Assembly: GCA_050575255.1 (NCBI GenBank)
Contig: JBNZDD010013610.1
Span: forward strand, 1,472,366-1,536,365
DNA length: 64,000 nucleotides
Direction of reading: 5' to 3'
DNA from: Harriotta raleighana
Taxonomy: Eukaryota
A program made the position numbers and the translations under genes. This document shows positions 38,722 through 50,700 of this stretch, one piece after another. Below the pieces are notes generated by a model. It saw only the letters and a list, made by a program, of their open reading frames with translations. It did not search any database and was not told the DNA's origin. How positions within the stretch are numbered: the first letter of the stretch is position 1; every line of letters begins with the position of its first letter.

Positions 38722-39048
38722 TATAATAATAATACTTGCCTTTGATACAGCATTTTTCACGTCTTCTAGATGTCTCAAAGCTTCACCGAATATACTGGAA
38801 AGTGAATTGACTGTATATTTGTGGGTGAAACGCAGCAGCCAATTACACACAACAGTATCCCACAAACAGTCGTAGATTGAAATGACCAATTTTATTATTG
38901 TGGTTTTTTTGAGGGATCATTATTGGACATGTGGAGTAAGGAAACTTGCCCACACATTTGATTGTGTTCGAATCCTGACCTGCCTGGATTCAAATACAGG
39001 TCTTGCGCTTGTAAGACGAGTGCTGTAACCACTGAGCTACAGGACACC
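38722..39048 (-). mobile_element. Young tRNA-derived SINE, full length
   Basis: Minus-strand head GGTGTCCTGTAGCTCAGTGGTTACAGCACTCGTCTTACAAGCGCAAGACCTGTATTTGAATCCAGGCAGG (A box, TAC anticodon-like loop, degenerate B box); body and (att)n tail match the other copies. Confidence 0.9.
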
Positions 39049-40728
39049 ACTATTTATCAACTACGAGAATTACCATTATTATTCTGTTGCATTGAATTTA
39101 GTTTGAGACTGACCCCATTTGGAAAGGAAGTTTCAGCCTTGGACCTCAGAGGTCACAGACTGGGCTAAAAAACAGCAGGGGTTGGCCTGGGGACAAGTCC
39201 AGGGGAATGGCTGCCCAGGTCAGCCTATGCCAAGTACTCGGGGTGACAGCTGGGTGCGGTAATGACAAAAGGTGGTGTTTACAGCTTGAGTAAATTGGAA
39301 GAGTAAAGTAAGGTGGTGAAAGTGAGGGAAGTGACAAAACGGAAGTGGTAGATACTAGTACACTTCATGTGTGGTCTTGGCACGGAGAAAGAAACAGTGA
39401 GAAACTGATGATGTTGATAAATTGATTGCAGCTTAGACAATGTCGCCCAGAGATACCAACTTAGATAGGACAGCAAAGACATGCAGTCGGAGACATATAC
39501 ACAAAGGGAAGCATTATTGGTTTGGTGAACATCCCAAGTCTGACCACGACTAGGCAATGAATGAAAAAAATAGTTGGTGATTCCGAAAGAAGCAGAACAC
39601 AAATTATGTTGTTTTTTATTTTCGGTTACTTTTTTTTTAATAAAAGTGTTTGTGTAGCACTCGCTGGCTGAGGTGCTTTTGTACAAACGTATCTTTTTAT
39701 AAATCTCGCTGGATCCCACATGATCCATACTAGGTGGGGGGTTTGGGCAATTAATCTTCTGAGATCCTGTGCAGGACAAAATGTCAGTTCCTGTAGGATT
39801 TGTACTATTTGAGACAATCTAATAGGATCCTGTTGTACAATTTCAAAGCCCTAAGTGATTTTTGGCCAACACTTGGCTCACAAATAGCCTTTTACAGTAT
39901 AAGTACTTGGCCTTTAACCCACTATTTATTTAGATTAGGTCAAGAGCGATTTGAAGGCAAGTCTGCCTCAACCTAACCCAGTGTGGGGAGAAGGAAGAAA
40001 GCTTCAATACTGAAGCTCCTTGGTTAGCCTCCTTGCCAGACAATTCCTTCACCTAAGATCAGGCAGCTTTGCACAAATAAAACTAAGCAGCCAATTTATA
40101 GGAACAATGGGTATTTTTCTTTTAAGATGAGCATTTGTGTCTATGAGGGATCTTTTTCTACATGTTATGTTATTTATATGTGTATGTACGTATAGATAAC
40201 ATATGTAGAGAATATATATATGATATATATATATATTGACATGGCATTACCATTGCTGAGCTTTCTTCATTACAGCCCTACCCAGACGACGTCAAAATAA
40301 AGCCGCCATCTCCAGACTTATTTAACATTAGTCGGGATTATTATTAATTTTAAAAACAATCCGCGAGCCTTTGAACAAATAAAGTGTGACATTTACCATT
40401 TGTGTTTTACATGACTGCTATATTACAGCTCTGGAAAAAAATCAATATGGACCCAGGGTGTGGGAGACAGTGATGAGGTGGAGAAGCAGGCAGGTTTTCT
40501 CTCTGTGTTTTTTTTTGTTTGCCTCCTAACACTCCACACTTCATTTCTTCGCTTTTGTCATCTGGCCTCCCTTAGAGTCCTTGTCATCTCTGCACACAGG
40601 AAAGTCATTAAAAAACCCTTACAAAGTCATTTCCTTTTTTTGTTGTCCACAGGCACCAGGGGAGGGCTGCCGTCTGGTGGCTTTGGAATCACTTTGACCT
40701 TGGTGTCCTTATTTTATTTATCCTCCTG

Positions 40729-40758
<30 letters not shown>
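40729..40758. repeat. (CT)n microsatellite
   Basis: Directly visible. Confidence 0.9.
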
Positions 40759-40759
<1 letters not shown>

Positions 40760-42896
40760 CCCCTCTCTTTTACCCCTTCATTTTTTCGTTCCTCCCCTAC
40801 CCACCTCCCGTCAACCTCTACGAACCAAACCCCTTTGGTCAATACCATTGTTCAATCGCTCTCCTTTATAATGTGCTCAAATTAAGTAAATAAGTGCAGT
40901 GCGCTGATGTGATGACCCAGTGCATTATTCTCATTAATATTGCATTCGCACCCAGCTTCCAAGCTTCCCCCATGTCCAGCTGTCTCCACTGGTCCCTGTG
41001 ACACTGGTGGCAGTTTCATCTTCTCTCGTTAATCCAGAGAGAAGCGATGCCATGGATATTGTGTGAATGCAGCCAGTGCATTTCTGCTTTGACTAAATAG
41101 TCTGAACTGAACATAATGCAATGCCGCTTACTAATTAAGTGAACTGGCCTCATGCACCGAGACGTTATATGTGTTGCTGTTTTAAAATTTTAAAGAAAAT
41201 GAAACTCTGGTATCAAAGGTCATTCAAGAATTAAATAAAACAAAAAGCAATTTTAGTTTTGAATAATTTAGGGTAAGTTGAATGAAATTCTTTGGACGTG
41301 TTTTTTTAACATGGTCAGCAGAAACAAAAAAAGTATGTTCGCGTATCTATATGTTCTCAGCAAAGTCAATCCACATGATGGCTGACTCAAACAGAAGTGT
41401 CCTGCTCACATGGTTCAGGCCACTTGTTTTTTTTAATGAGAGATAAAAAATAGCGAAAAAATCAGCTTCATCCTTTTTTTTTAACCATTAACCTTCTTAC
41501 GCATTTGTCTTATCACCAGAGGAAGCTGGGCTTATTCTGTTCAAGGTCTAGATAACCTGAAATAAAGTCCACATCCAATGCCTTGGCTCCCGCTTGAGTG
41601 AAAAGCAATAAATATAAAGAAATACAAAAGAACTGTCTGTGAGAACCTTTCGTTTTTAAGCTTCGTAGGATGTTTTTGTGACTGTGACCTCTCCTGAGAT
41701 TTACCAGCCCACATTTCATCAGTTTTTTGGGAAATTCCCTCTTCTTATCGGCTTTGTTTACTGTAAAATTTGAGTGAAATATTCGGGATAAGTAACTTTC
41801 GCTTTGGCATTCTCCTATCAGAGAGACAGTTTATGAGTCAGTCCTGAAGCAAACCCTTCTCTCTCTCTGCCCACTCACCGAAAGATAGAAACTTTTGTTC
41901 ACCAACAAAATACAAAGTCACAACTCCTTGTAGCATTTAAGACATCCACTTGAACTGAAAGGCACTCTATCAAAATCTGAACATTATTTTTAGTAGTATA
42001 ATAATATATTCAAAATCATTAACTTGTGTGATTTTAATAAATAATAAAAAAGGAGTTTTGTATAAAATGGCTGCAAAATGTTGTAAGTCACGGAAAGGGT
42101 TTTGTATGTTAAATACTGAACCGTCTAAATCGCTTCTCACCTACTCTATCATTTTATCTCTATATTGTATAAGTGTCATTCATTTTTGAATGTTATCTTC
42201 CAATTCCTTAAATGTCTGATAAAATAAGCGTCTAGTGGCTTTTTCTTGCAGATGATAACAGTCTTGGTGAGGTAGCAAAGGCCAAAGATCCCCTCAGTTG
42301 TGTGCTGATTGGTTATCTGCATGCTGCACTGACATTTGTGCAAACTCATCAGAAATTCTAAATACTGCATGTGTAACCCATAGGTTTATTTACACTTGAT
42401 GGAGGCACAGCTTTCATTGTTAGCACAAATAAAGTATATGTACCCCTCTACCCTTTCTTCTCAGGGCAAGAAATGATAGTGTTGGCCTACACCCACCCAC
42501 CCCCTATTATATTAGATGTCCCTATTGCTAGACTTTTGAATTTCTCGAATTCATCACATTCTATTTAGCGCTGATTATGTTTTGTTTTCCGTCGTGCATT
42601 TCAATGAATGGAGGAAAACCTCCCTTTGTGTAAAACCTCTTTTGCAACCTCATTGCTTGGGTCGTTTCCATTTGATTGTCTGTGAATTGGAACCCAGTTA
42701 CACGCAGATGCAGCAGTTATAACGTGTGTGATTGTGTGCGTAACAAAGAACAAAATTCTCACTCGCCACACAGATATGTGTATCACAGTATGTTCGAGGG
42801 TTTCAAATGCATAAATGAGAAGGAGTGATATTTCAATAGACTCTTGCTTATGGTCACCTCCTCCATCTTCTCCCTCGCTCTGTGTGAAAACCCAGC

Positions 42897-42943
42897 CTTG
42901 TGCAGTGCTCCAAGGAGCTGCTTTAAATGCAAGTTGTTGTTGC
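42897..42943 (+). mobile_element. L2/SINE 3' tail remnant
   Basis: gtgcagtgctccaaggagctgctttaaatgcaagttgttgttgc. Confidence 0.5.
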
Positions 42944-43299
42944 TATCTTGGTTGTGTTGAATGGAGGCCATTGGATGAGGCAGATCAGACAGCTGACCTC
43001 CCTTGGTATATTGCTACATGCTCATCAGAGAATGCTTTCTACATGTGGGGAGGGAGCGCGCATAATGTGCTCGTCCGGAGGTCAATGCTGTTCGAGGGTA
43101 TGAGAAGTAGTGAGATTGTAGTGAGATTATGGGGTCTGAAAGAAGGCATTGGGAGTCATAAACTGATTTGAGAACTGTATGCAGGGAGAATTGCTTCCAC
43201 AGTACAACTGAATTGAACAATTTTCCAAATTTCTACCTGATCATTTTTTTTAAAGCCAGGGTCTGAATTTCAAGCCTGGGGTTCACGCTGAAATGAAAG

Positions 43300-43328
43300 T
43301 CAGCTCAGCTCAGCTCAGATCAGCTTAG
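43300..43328. repeat. (CAGCT)n pentanucleotide repeat
   Basis: tcagctcagctcagctcagatcagcttag. Confidence 0.8.
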
Positions 43329-43393
43329 TTCCGACCCCGGGAAGAAATTCAAACAAGATGCAAAGCAGATCAATGTGGTCCGAATTACAAAGG

Positions 43394-43554
43394 TCCAGAG
43401 ATTAAATTCACAGAATTTTATTAGACAACATCGACTGGGCCAGTCCCCTTCTATTATTCCATTTCATCCTCCTNTCCAGAGATTAAATTCACAGAATTTT
43501 ATTAGACAACATCGACTGGGCCAGGCCCCTTCTACTATTCCATTTCATCCTCCT
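43394..43554. other. 80-bp direct duplication around a single N (probable assembly overlap)
   Basis: 43394-43473 and 43475-43554 are identical except for 2 substitutions; N at 43474. Confidence 0.9.
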
Positions 43555-43714
43555 TCTGCCAAAAAGGGAAACTAAATGTTTTTATTTTGCTGCAGAATTG
43601 CTGAGTTAAGTATTTTCTTAAAGTGGATATGGAAAGACACAATAAATAAATGTATAAATATATAAATATAATATACTTATAACCCGACGATGAACAAAAA
43701 TAACATCAGGATTT

Positions 43715-43971
43715 CTGTGGGTTTTGCCCACAAAATATTCAATCAATTCACTTCACTGTATATTCTGTGAATGCCTTTGGATGTCCTGTTCGATCATGCC
43801 TTATCCCGCCCTCCCACTACCCTCCCCCTCCCCCATACTCGGATCCTGACCCCTGATTGTCCAGCGCCTTGGGACCTCCTCCCGACGTGAAGGGCGCTCT
43901 ATAAATGTAATTTTGTTGTTGTTGTTGTCTCGAACATGAGGCGATGTATCAAATGCAAGGATTTATTATTA
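43715..43971 (+). mobile_element. SINE 3' fragment interrupted by an L2 3' end (L2 about 43786-43929)
   Basis: SINE ..tattctgtgaatgcctttggatgtc | L2 ctgttcgatcatgcc..agcgccttgggacctcctcccgacgtgaagggcgctctataaatgtaatttt(gtt)n | SINE tcgaacatgaggcgatgtatcaaatgcaaggattt. Confidence 0.85.
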
Positions 43972-45699
43972 CTTTGAAAATGAGCTGGTGAGTTGGGTAT
44001 ATTTTCTGCGATTTGTTGTATAGCAGGGCCAACAGTTTAACTTTGCTCCTTTTCTCGAAACTGTGGCATGGAACTGAATGCAGAGCTTCCATGAACATTC
44101 AGAGGACCTGCTGCAGATGTATTCGTATAAAAAGCCAACAGCTGCTCACAGATTGCGTAAAACTGTGCTTAAAACTGAAAGAGTGAAAGAGTCTGTGTCG
44201 CTGCAACTCAAGGGAAAGAAAACTACCCACAGGATGCAGAGCTGCAGTAACACATGCCACGTACAAAACAGAGACAGTGGCTCCCTCCGACATTGTAATT
44301 ATATTCTATTAGACTGGAGAAAATACATTTTCCATGGTACTAATTGTACTGGAATGAAAACAATAGGGCACAGCGTGCAGGCACAGAGGAAATGAAAGCC
44401 CTACTGGGCACATTGTTGTGGCAAATCAGAACCCTGCCAAGACGTAAGGGACCGTACTTTGTACTGTACATCTGGGACACATTTTTCTTTTCATGTTTGT
44501 CATTCTCTCATTATCATTGCTTTAAGAGCCAAATTCTCTTGGAATTGTTCTCGTTCTCTCCCCCCCCCACCACCACCATCCCCATCTCACCCCCCTTCCC
44601 CCCCCACCCCACCCGCCCAAACCTCCCCAACCCTGCCCCCACACTTTCCTGTTTATTGTTCCATCAATGCCCTCTTTCTGCAGCTGATGAGAAGTAACAA
44701 CGGCCTGGGTTTATTTTGAAATGGAGTTCGTAGTTACTCTCCTATTCCTTCGCCTCTCTTTCTTTCATTTTTTCTCTTTCTCTCTCTCCCGCTCTCTTTC
44801 TCTTTACTTTGATCTTCTAACTCGCTCTGGATTTTGTTCCCTTACATAACTCAGGCAACGTTCACAACCCCACAGTCGCTTGTTAGGCGTCACCTGTTTT
44901 AAGTAACCCCAAACGCTCGCTGGGAAAAGGTGCATTTTGACAGCAGAAAGCCAACCGCAGCGGACAAAAGCAAGGACCTGCTGGATGAAAGAGAACCTTT
45001 AATAAATAACAGCACAAAGGCCGTTAGGTTTTTTTTTATTTTGTTTTCATCTTCGGGGAGCCATTGTGAATACAAAGGGCAGTTAACCAATCTCAGTGCA
45101 TAAAATGTATCCCCACCCCCCCCCCACTCCCGAGCACCATATTGTTATTTTTGTATTTGATTTACTGCATCTCACAGGGAATAAAGTACAGGCACAATGT
45201 ACTTTGAATTCATGTGGCCTGGCAGGAAGGTATTAGTGGGAATATATCATTTGTACGTATTCGAGGAGGATTTCTTTTTGCTCTTACATTCCTCCAATTG
45301 CATTTCCTCGCCGAGGCATTTTGTGCTGTCTTTGTGAGTACCTCCCTCCCATGCCCTCTGTTGATTCCATTTTTCTTGATCACCCCTGGATATGTACGCT
45401 ATTTAAAGATGTTTTGTATCATCAAGCGTATTAGATCAAAGCCACAGTAACCCTCTTTCAAATGGATCTGCTTGTGAATTTCAAGGACTTGGTATCAATC
45501 AGCCAGTATCCTCTTAGCACAGTACTTGGTCTGATCTTTTACCTGCTTCGGGAGTAAGTGAGTTAAATCACAATTAAATCGTGTTCAGATGTAAAAGCAA
45601 GAGGCCGATAATGACAAGGAAGGGGGTTTGATGCAATTTGTTATTAAACCTAAGGGATGGTAGTAGTCAGTGGTGTGGGGAAACGCAGCCTAACTCTGC

Positions 45700-45828
45700 T
45701 TCTCTGACTTGTTTCACCCACAAAATACAATCAATATCCTTTACAGTATATTTTGTGAATCACGTCACAAAGACATCTCAACAATATGTTAAGGCGCTAT
45801 ATCAAATGCAAGGTTATTCATATTATTG
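45700..45828 (+). mobile_element. SINE 3' fragment
   Basis: gtttcacccacaaaatacaatcaat..tttacagtatattttgtgaa..agacatctc..aaggcgctatatcaaatgcaagg. Confidence 0.85.
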
Positions 45829-46011
45829 TTTGTATCTAAAGAAAGTGACCAGAGCACAAGTCCACCAAAGCCTTTTGTGTGATTTCTAAGTTCGTTAAGG
45901 GGAAGGTTTCAGTGTGAATGATACCCTCTCTTGCAATTTTGCTTCTCGTCCAAACATTGGCTATCGTTTAGACTATGAAGTATTGTTAAAATGAGTCATG
46001 CTGCCTCCCTC

Positions 46012-46046
46012 GAGAGAGAGGGGGGAGAGGGAGAGAGAGAAAGAGA
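46012..46046. repeat. GA-rich simple repeat
   Basis: Directly visible. Confidence 0.85.
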
Positions 46047-46534
46047 AATACTTTGGCTCATTTGGGAAAAGCCGGTTCCTTTTCTGGGTGTTTTCAGGGA
46101 GAGTTTATACAAGCCAACTCAAAGGAATCTGTGATCATGAATGTTTCTAAAATAGAACCCCATTTATTATTGTTCTTTGAAGAAGAATTTTACTTCATAG
46201 GCTGCAATTTAATAAGTTTTTGGTTTACGGGCTGAGGTCTGAATGACGAGCCTGTTCCATTCCTACAATTAAGGAGTGACTGTAACCACTTGCATGCTAC
46301 AAGTGCTCCAAAGGATATCTGTATTACACGAGTGATCAGAGTATCTATTCACGTTGGTACCTGGATGAGTTGCAGTGAGCATTAGCTAGTGTAGATTTAC
46401 AACCCAACTTTATGCATCTTGCCACTGTCAAACAGTGAGGGCACGAGAGGGCAGTAAAAGCACATTGTGCCCCAGGCAGGGTGACATGTTCACATGTACA
46501 CTTGCACTTTCATTGTTTTCAATCTGGGGGAGAA

Positions 46535-46955
46535 AGAAATGACACACATTTCATATAGGGTCTCGTCAAGTCAGCGTGTCTCAGTGCACATCACGCAATG
46601 AGTTATTTTGAAGCATGGCTGTCATTTTAGGGAAAACAGACAGCATTCATCCCACCAGCAGCATTGAAATGAAGGACCAAATTTAATTTGTTCTGGTGAA
46701 TTTGGATGAGGCAGGAATATTGACACCGACACTACTACAGCTTTCCTGCCCTTCTTTGATACAATGCCAAGGAAACTCATCATAGCAGCCTGATTTCATC
46801 AGGATGTTTCAATCAAAGGACAGCACCTCCAACAATGGAGCGCTCCGAGCCTCAGTGCCACACTGGAGTATCTAAATAGATGCTGGGTTTGGGTTGTGAA
46901 GTCAAGGCGTGAAATCCTGATCCTTTGAATTAGGGATCTCAGTGCCAGCAAACAT
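46535..46955 (-). mobile_element. Old, diverged Deu-domain SINE
   Basis: atcccaccagcagcattgaaatgaaggacca..tggatgaggcaggaatattg..cctgcccttctttgatacaatgcca..aaaggacagcacctccaacaatggagcgctcc..cagtgccacactggagt. Confidence 0.65.
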
Positions 46956-47206
46956 AGTGTCACCGAGACTGATGCAAGGTACCAATCGAATTCTGGCCTA
47001 ACCTCAGCTGCTATCTATCTCTGTTTGTAATAGGAAGCAGATCCTTCAATATCAATATATCTATCTAAATCAAATGCTGGGATTATTATTATTATCCTTG
47101 AAATGAAGAAGCCACCTCACCTTAATAATGTAAACCTGATAGTGCTTTTTGGGTAATGAAAGCACAGAATAATAATAGTTCAGATATAACTATGATGTTC
47201 TCTGAG

Positions 47207-47283
47207 TCCCAATCATTTGGGACGTCCAGCCGATGTGAAAGGGGTTATACAAATGTAATTTTGCTGTTGTTGATGTTATTGTT
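47207..47283 (+). mobile_element. L2 extreme 3' end
   Basis: ttgggacgtccagccgatgtgaaaggggttatacaaatgtaattttgctgttgttg. Confidence 0.7.
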
Positions 47284-47434
47284 GCACCATCCAATTTAGT
47301 AATCGGTCCCTTTCCAAAGGATTTTTCCCCCTTGTTCATTATTTACATATTCAGTGCAATCTTGTGCATTGACAGTATCAGCAGTTAATTTGCAATGACT
47401 ACTTCCAAGAATTAATGATCCTTCCATTGGAAAT

Positions 47435-47512
47435 GTTTGTGCCTACAAACACACAGTCGCTACATTTTACTGTAAATCCACTGAAGTGTTTTGAGACCTT
47501 TTGATGACCGTG
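47435..47512 (+). mobile_element. SINE 3' fragment
   Basis: gcctacaaacacacagtcgctacattttactgtaaatcc..gaagtgttttgagacc. Confidence 0.55.
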
Positions 47513-48076
47513 GGGAGGGGGATTATGACATGAATAAAATAAGTACAGAGTCAGGTATATAAATCAAGGTGACGCTGTGTGAGCGATAAGAAGCACTTTC
47601 ACGACAAAGAAATTCCAGTTGATAAAGAAAGCCTCTCTGTTCACAGGCATAATTGTGGTGTCTGATTGCATCTCGGTGAAATCAGAGTGAGGAACTCCTG
47701 TTGCAGTCCAGACCCTCTGCCATCCTGCGATTCATTCAGCTTCGAGTTTACTTGCCTGCTCCAGCTTGCCGGTAGGTTCACTTTTACTATATCCTAAGAG
47801 CACAACTTTCTTTCTGCCCCCCCCGGATGCATTCAATCACTATAGATGAACTCCGACATTAACTTTGCTTATCTTGGTGAAGTGAAACTTAATAAGGGAA
47901 TTTCAACATTTTGTGTCATGGAGCTTTGTTGATTTTTTCAAATGAAAACATGACTTGGATTCATTTTTTCAAAAATGAAATGATCTATTCAAGACAATTT
48001 AATGTCTCAGATAGTTGTGCGGAAAAAGTTGTTTCCCCGCAATTCATCTCATCAGCCCGCTAAGTTGATGAAATTT

Positions 48077-48632
48077 TTGAGTCAGAAAGTTGTGGGTTCA
48101 AGTGCGCTGGGTTTTTAGCTCACAGTTTAGGTTGAAGCTCCATGTAGTGCTTGGTGAGCGCTGCATTGTTGGGGGTACCTTCTCACAGATGAGCTGTTTA
48201 ATCGCTTTGAGACGTTGGTAAGATGTTGAAAGCGCAATATAAATATAAGGAGTATTATATATTATTATTGCTGTTACATCGAGTTCCTGGCTGTTCAGGT
48301 GGACGTCAAAAACATTTCTGCTCAAAAAGAGAAAGGAGATTTTCACCATGTCCTGGCTTATGTACACCCAGCTAAAAAAAATTGGTTATTCACTTAGAAC
48401 ATAAGAATTTTCTAGGCAAAAGAAGACCAAGGTCCAATTAGTTCACCTTATACCATCTTGGCAGTCACTTGACGTGTCATTTCCCAAATTATAAACAGTA
48501 TCCCGAGATATTATTTTCATAGCTACTACTTGTGTTTGCCAACACTCTACCCATTCACATAAAAACTCTGTGCAGTGCTTTGAGACATTGTGAAGTGATA
48601 AAGTGCTGTTTCAAATGCAAGGATTATTATTT
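48077..48632 (+). mobile_element. Deu-domain SINE with two nested insertions
   Basis: Head gagtcagaaagttgtgggttcaagt; tail-only insert about 48199-48269 flanked by gctgtt; core resumes caggtggacgtcaaaa..tgtcctggc; antisense CR1-like tail from about 48396 (agaacataagaa..gaagaccaaggtcca); SINE tail gtgctttgagacatt..tcaaatgcaaggattattat. Confidence 0.75.
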
Positions 48633-49280
48633 CACTGAATGATTGATGAACATTCGTTGTTTGTTTTTGATGAAATAATCAAAATGCAATTTCATCAAAG
48701 CAAAAACTCTTCTGGCTCAGTATTTTCAAGGTCATTTCCTTTCCCAGGTGGCATGTTGTACGTGACACCTAAATGGTTCCCTCTCCACCTTTTAATAGGG
48801 CCAATGCATTCCCGAAAAAAGTTTTTCCTAAAATGTTTCCTTCCAACATCCTCCATAGTTAATGTTTGCTGGGTGGGCGGGGTGTTGGGTGGTGGGTTGC
48901 CAGATGTTTTAAGCCCCCCAGAATTGCATTTGGTGTCCTTTCTTCCGATGACGTCCTGTACAATTGATATGCGTTTAATTGTGTGGTGGATGCATACAAA
49001 TGATACAATGGTTGCAATGACAGCATTGAAATGGACTTGGTGAAAGACTGCAGGCGTGTTAACCGATAATCGTTCAAAGTAACCCCTGCATCCATCACTG
49101 TACTTTATGTATTATGCACTAATATGGTCACATTTTGATTATTTGGTAAAAGATCCTTTTATACAAGAAGAAAACAATTCAAATTGTGACCATTTCTTGG
49201 AGTAACATTAAACCATTTAAAACACCTGTGTGCTATGTTTAACCGCAGGTTATTAATCGTAAGTCAATCAGAAAATCTGA

Positions 49281-49340
49281 AAATTATACAGCACAGAAGG
49301 AGGCCATTCGGTCCATTGTATCTGTCCTGGTACTTTGAAA
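49281..49340 (-). mobile_element. CR1-type LINE 3' tail fragment
   Basis: aattatacagcacagaaggaggccattcggtccattgtatctgtcctgg. Confidence 0.7.
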
Positions 49341-50189
49341 TGAAAATACTGTATATGGACTGGTTCTCAAATTCAGGGCAGAGGTAATATGGTAGTATAA
49401 TAAAGATTTATTTGGTTGTTCACCTTATCAAAGTGTGTGATCCAGGACTCATTATTCAAGTCGCAGAATCCTTTAGCAACAAACTCGACACTGATTAAAC
49501 ATTGTGCAATGTTTGAAGCTGCTGTTATGTGAGTGAATACAAAGTGAATTGAAGTGCTTCCATAGCACAGTTCAGCTCCCCAAATCACACACTGGGGTGC
49601 AATATGTGATGATATTCCAACAGGAATCCTCAGTGAGGAAAGCAGATATCTGCCTTGCTGACTGTTGGGAATTTAGCTTTGAGACGTCATGGAGTGAATT
49701 TCCTACCAGTCAGGTCATACATCCCTGGTTTACAGAAGGAGGAATCCCATTAAAAACCGCCTCCCTCATAGTGAAGCTTCCATCAAGCGTTCATTTATAA
49801 AGGTGTGTGTGTGTGCGCATGATGGGGAGGAGTTAGCCAGCATGCCACAACCCAAGCTTCCACTATGAAATGTGGCCATGCACTTTAATAAATAAAATCT
49901 GCTGAATGCACACTTCGCTGCAGCCTCTGATTCTCGGTGCTTGCAAACCAAACCCACATATATTTTTTGTGTGTGACAGCGCATCGTGGGACAAGCTCCT
50001 TAATGGGACTGCCGAGAGGAAAAATGCATGTGTCACACAGGAAATAGATGAGAATTGGAAGGTCTGAGTTCTGTTGACTTACAGCAGGAGCTGTGATGTA
50101 GAACAATAAAGAATTGAAAACCCAGGAAAATTAGAGGACAGAATTATTCTCTTTTGTTTCCTTACCCAGGAGATATATAGCATATAATT

Positions 50190-50223
50190 GTGCTATATCA
50201 AATGCAAGGATTATTATTATTAT
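50190..50223 (+). mobile_element. Isolated SINE/LINE terminal tail
   Basis: gtgctatatcaaatgcaaggattattattattat. Confidence 0.75.
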
Positions 50224-50347
50224 ACATTTATAACTGTCCTGAATAAGGATAAAGAGTATATCATGAATATAATCTTTCATATATTCTTTGTGTCTCTGAT
50301 GAATAGGGTATTTTTGCCCAATTATTTTTCAGCCCAATTCACTTAGA

Positions 50348-50700
50348 ATAAGAATAATCCTTGCATTTGATATAGCACCTTACCACAACAGGAGGATATC
50401 TCAAAATGCATCACAGGATTTTCAGTAAAGTAGCTGGGTATTTTGTAAGCCAGCGAAGCATTCAATTTGTGCACAGCAATGCCCCTCAAACAGCTGTGAA
50501 GTGAATGACCAGTTTTATATGGGGGAATTGTTGGCCAGGGCATTGGGAGAAACTCTCTTTCACTTTGAATGGTACCATGGGATCTTTACCGTCTCCTGAA
50601 CAGGCAGTTGGGACCTCAGTTTGTCATCTCATTCAAAGAACAGCACCTCTGACAATACAGTTCTCTCCGAGATTTGCATTGTGTGTAATTTTAGACTGTG
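50348..50700 (-). mobile_element. Deu-domain SINE, head truncated
   Basis: aataatccttgcatttgatatagcacctt..caatttgtgcacagcaatgcccctcaaacagc..ttggccagggcattgggagaaactc..ccatgggatctttac..atctcattcaaagaacagcacctctgacaatacag. Confidence 0.85.

Noticed and set aside
38975-39048. tRNA-Val(TAC)-like gene on the minus strand
   Set aside because: It is the head of a SINE: degenerate B box and T arm, continuing directly into the SINE body.
43394-43554. Tandem repeat or CRISPR-like direct repeat
   Set aside because: Only two units, separated by an N, in a eukaryotic context; best explained as an assembly overlap (same for 57204-57320).
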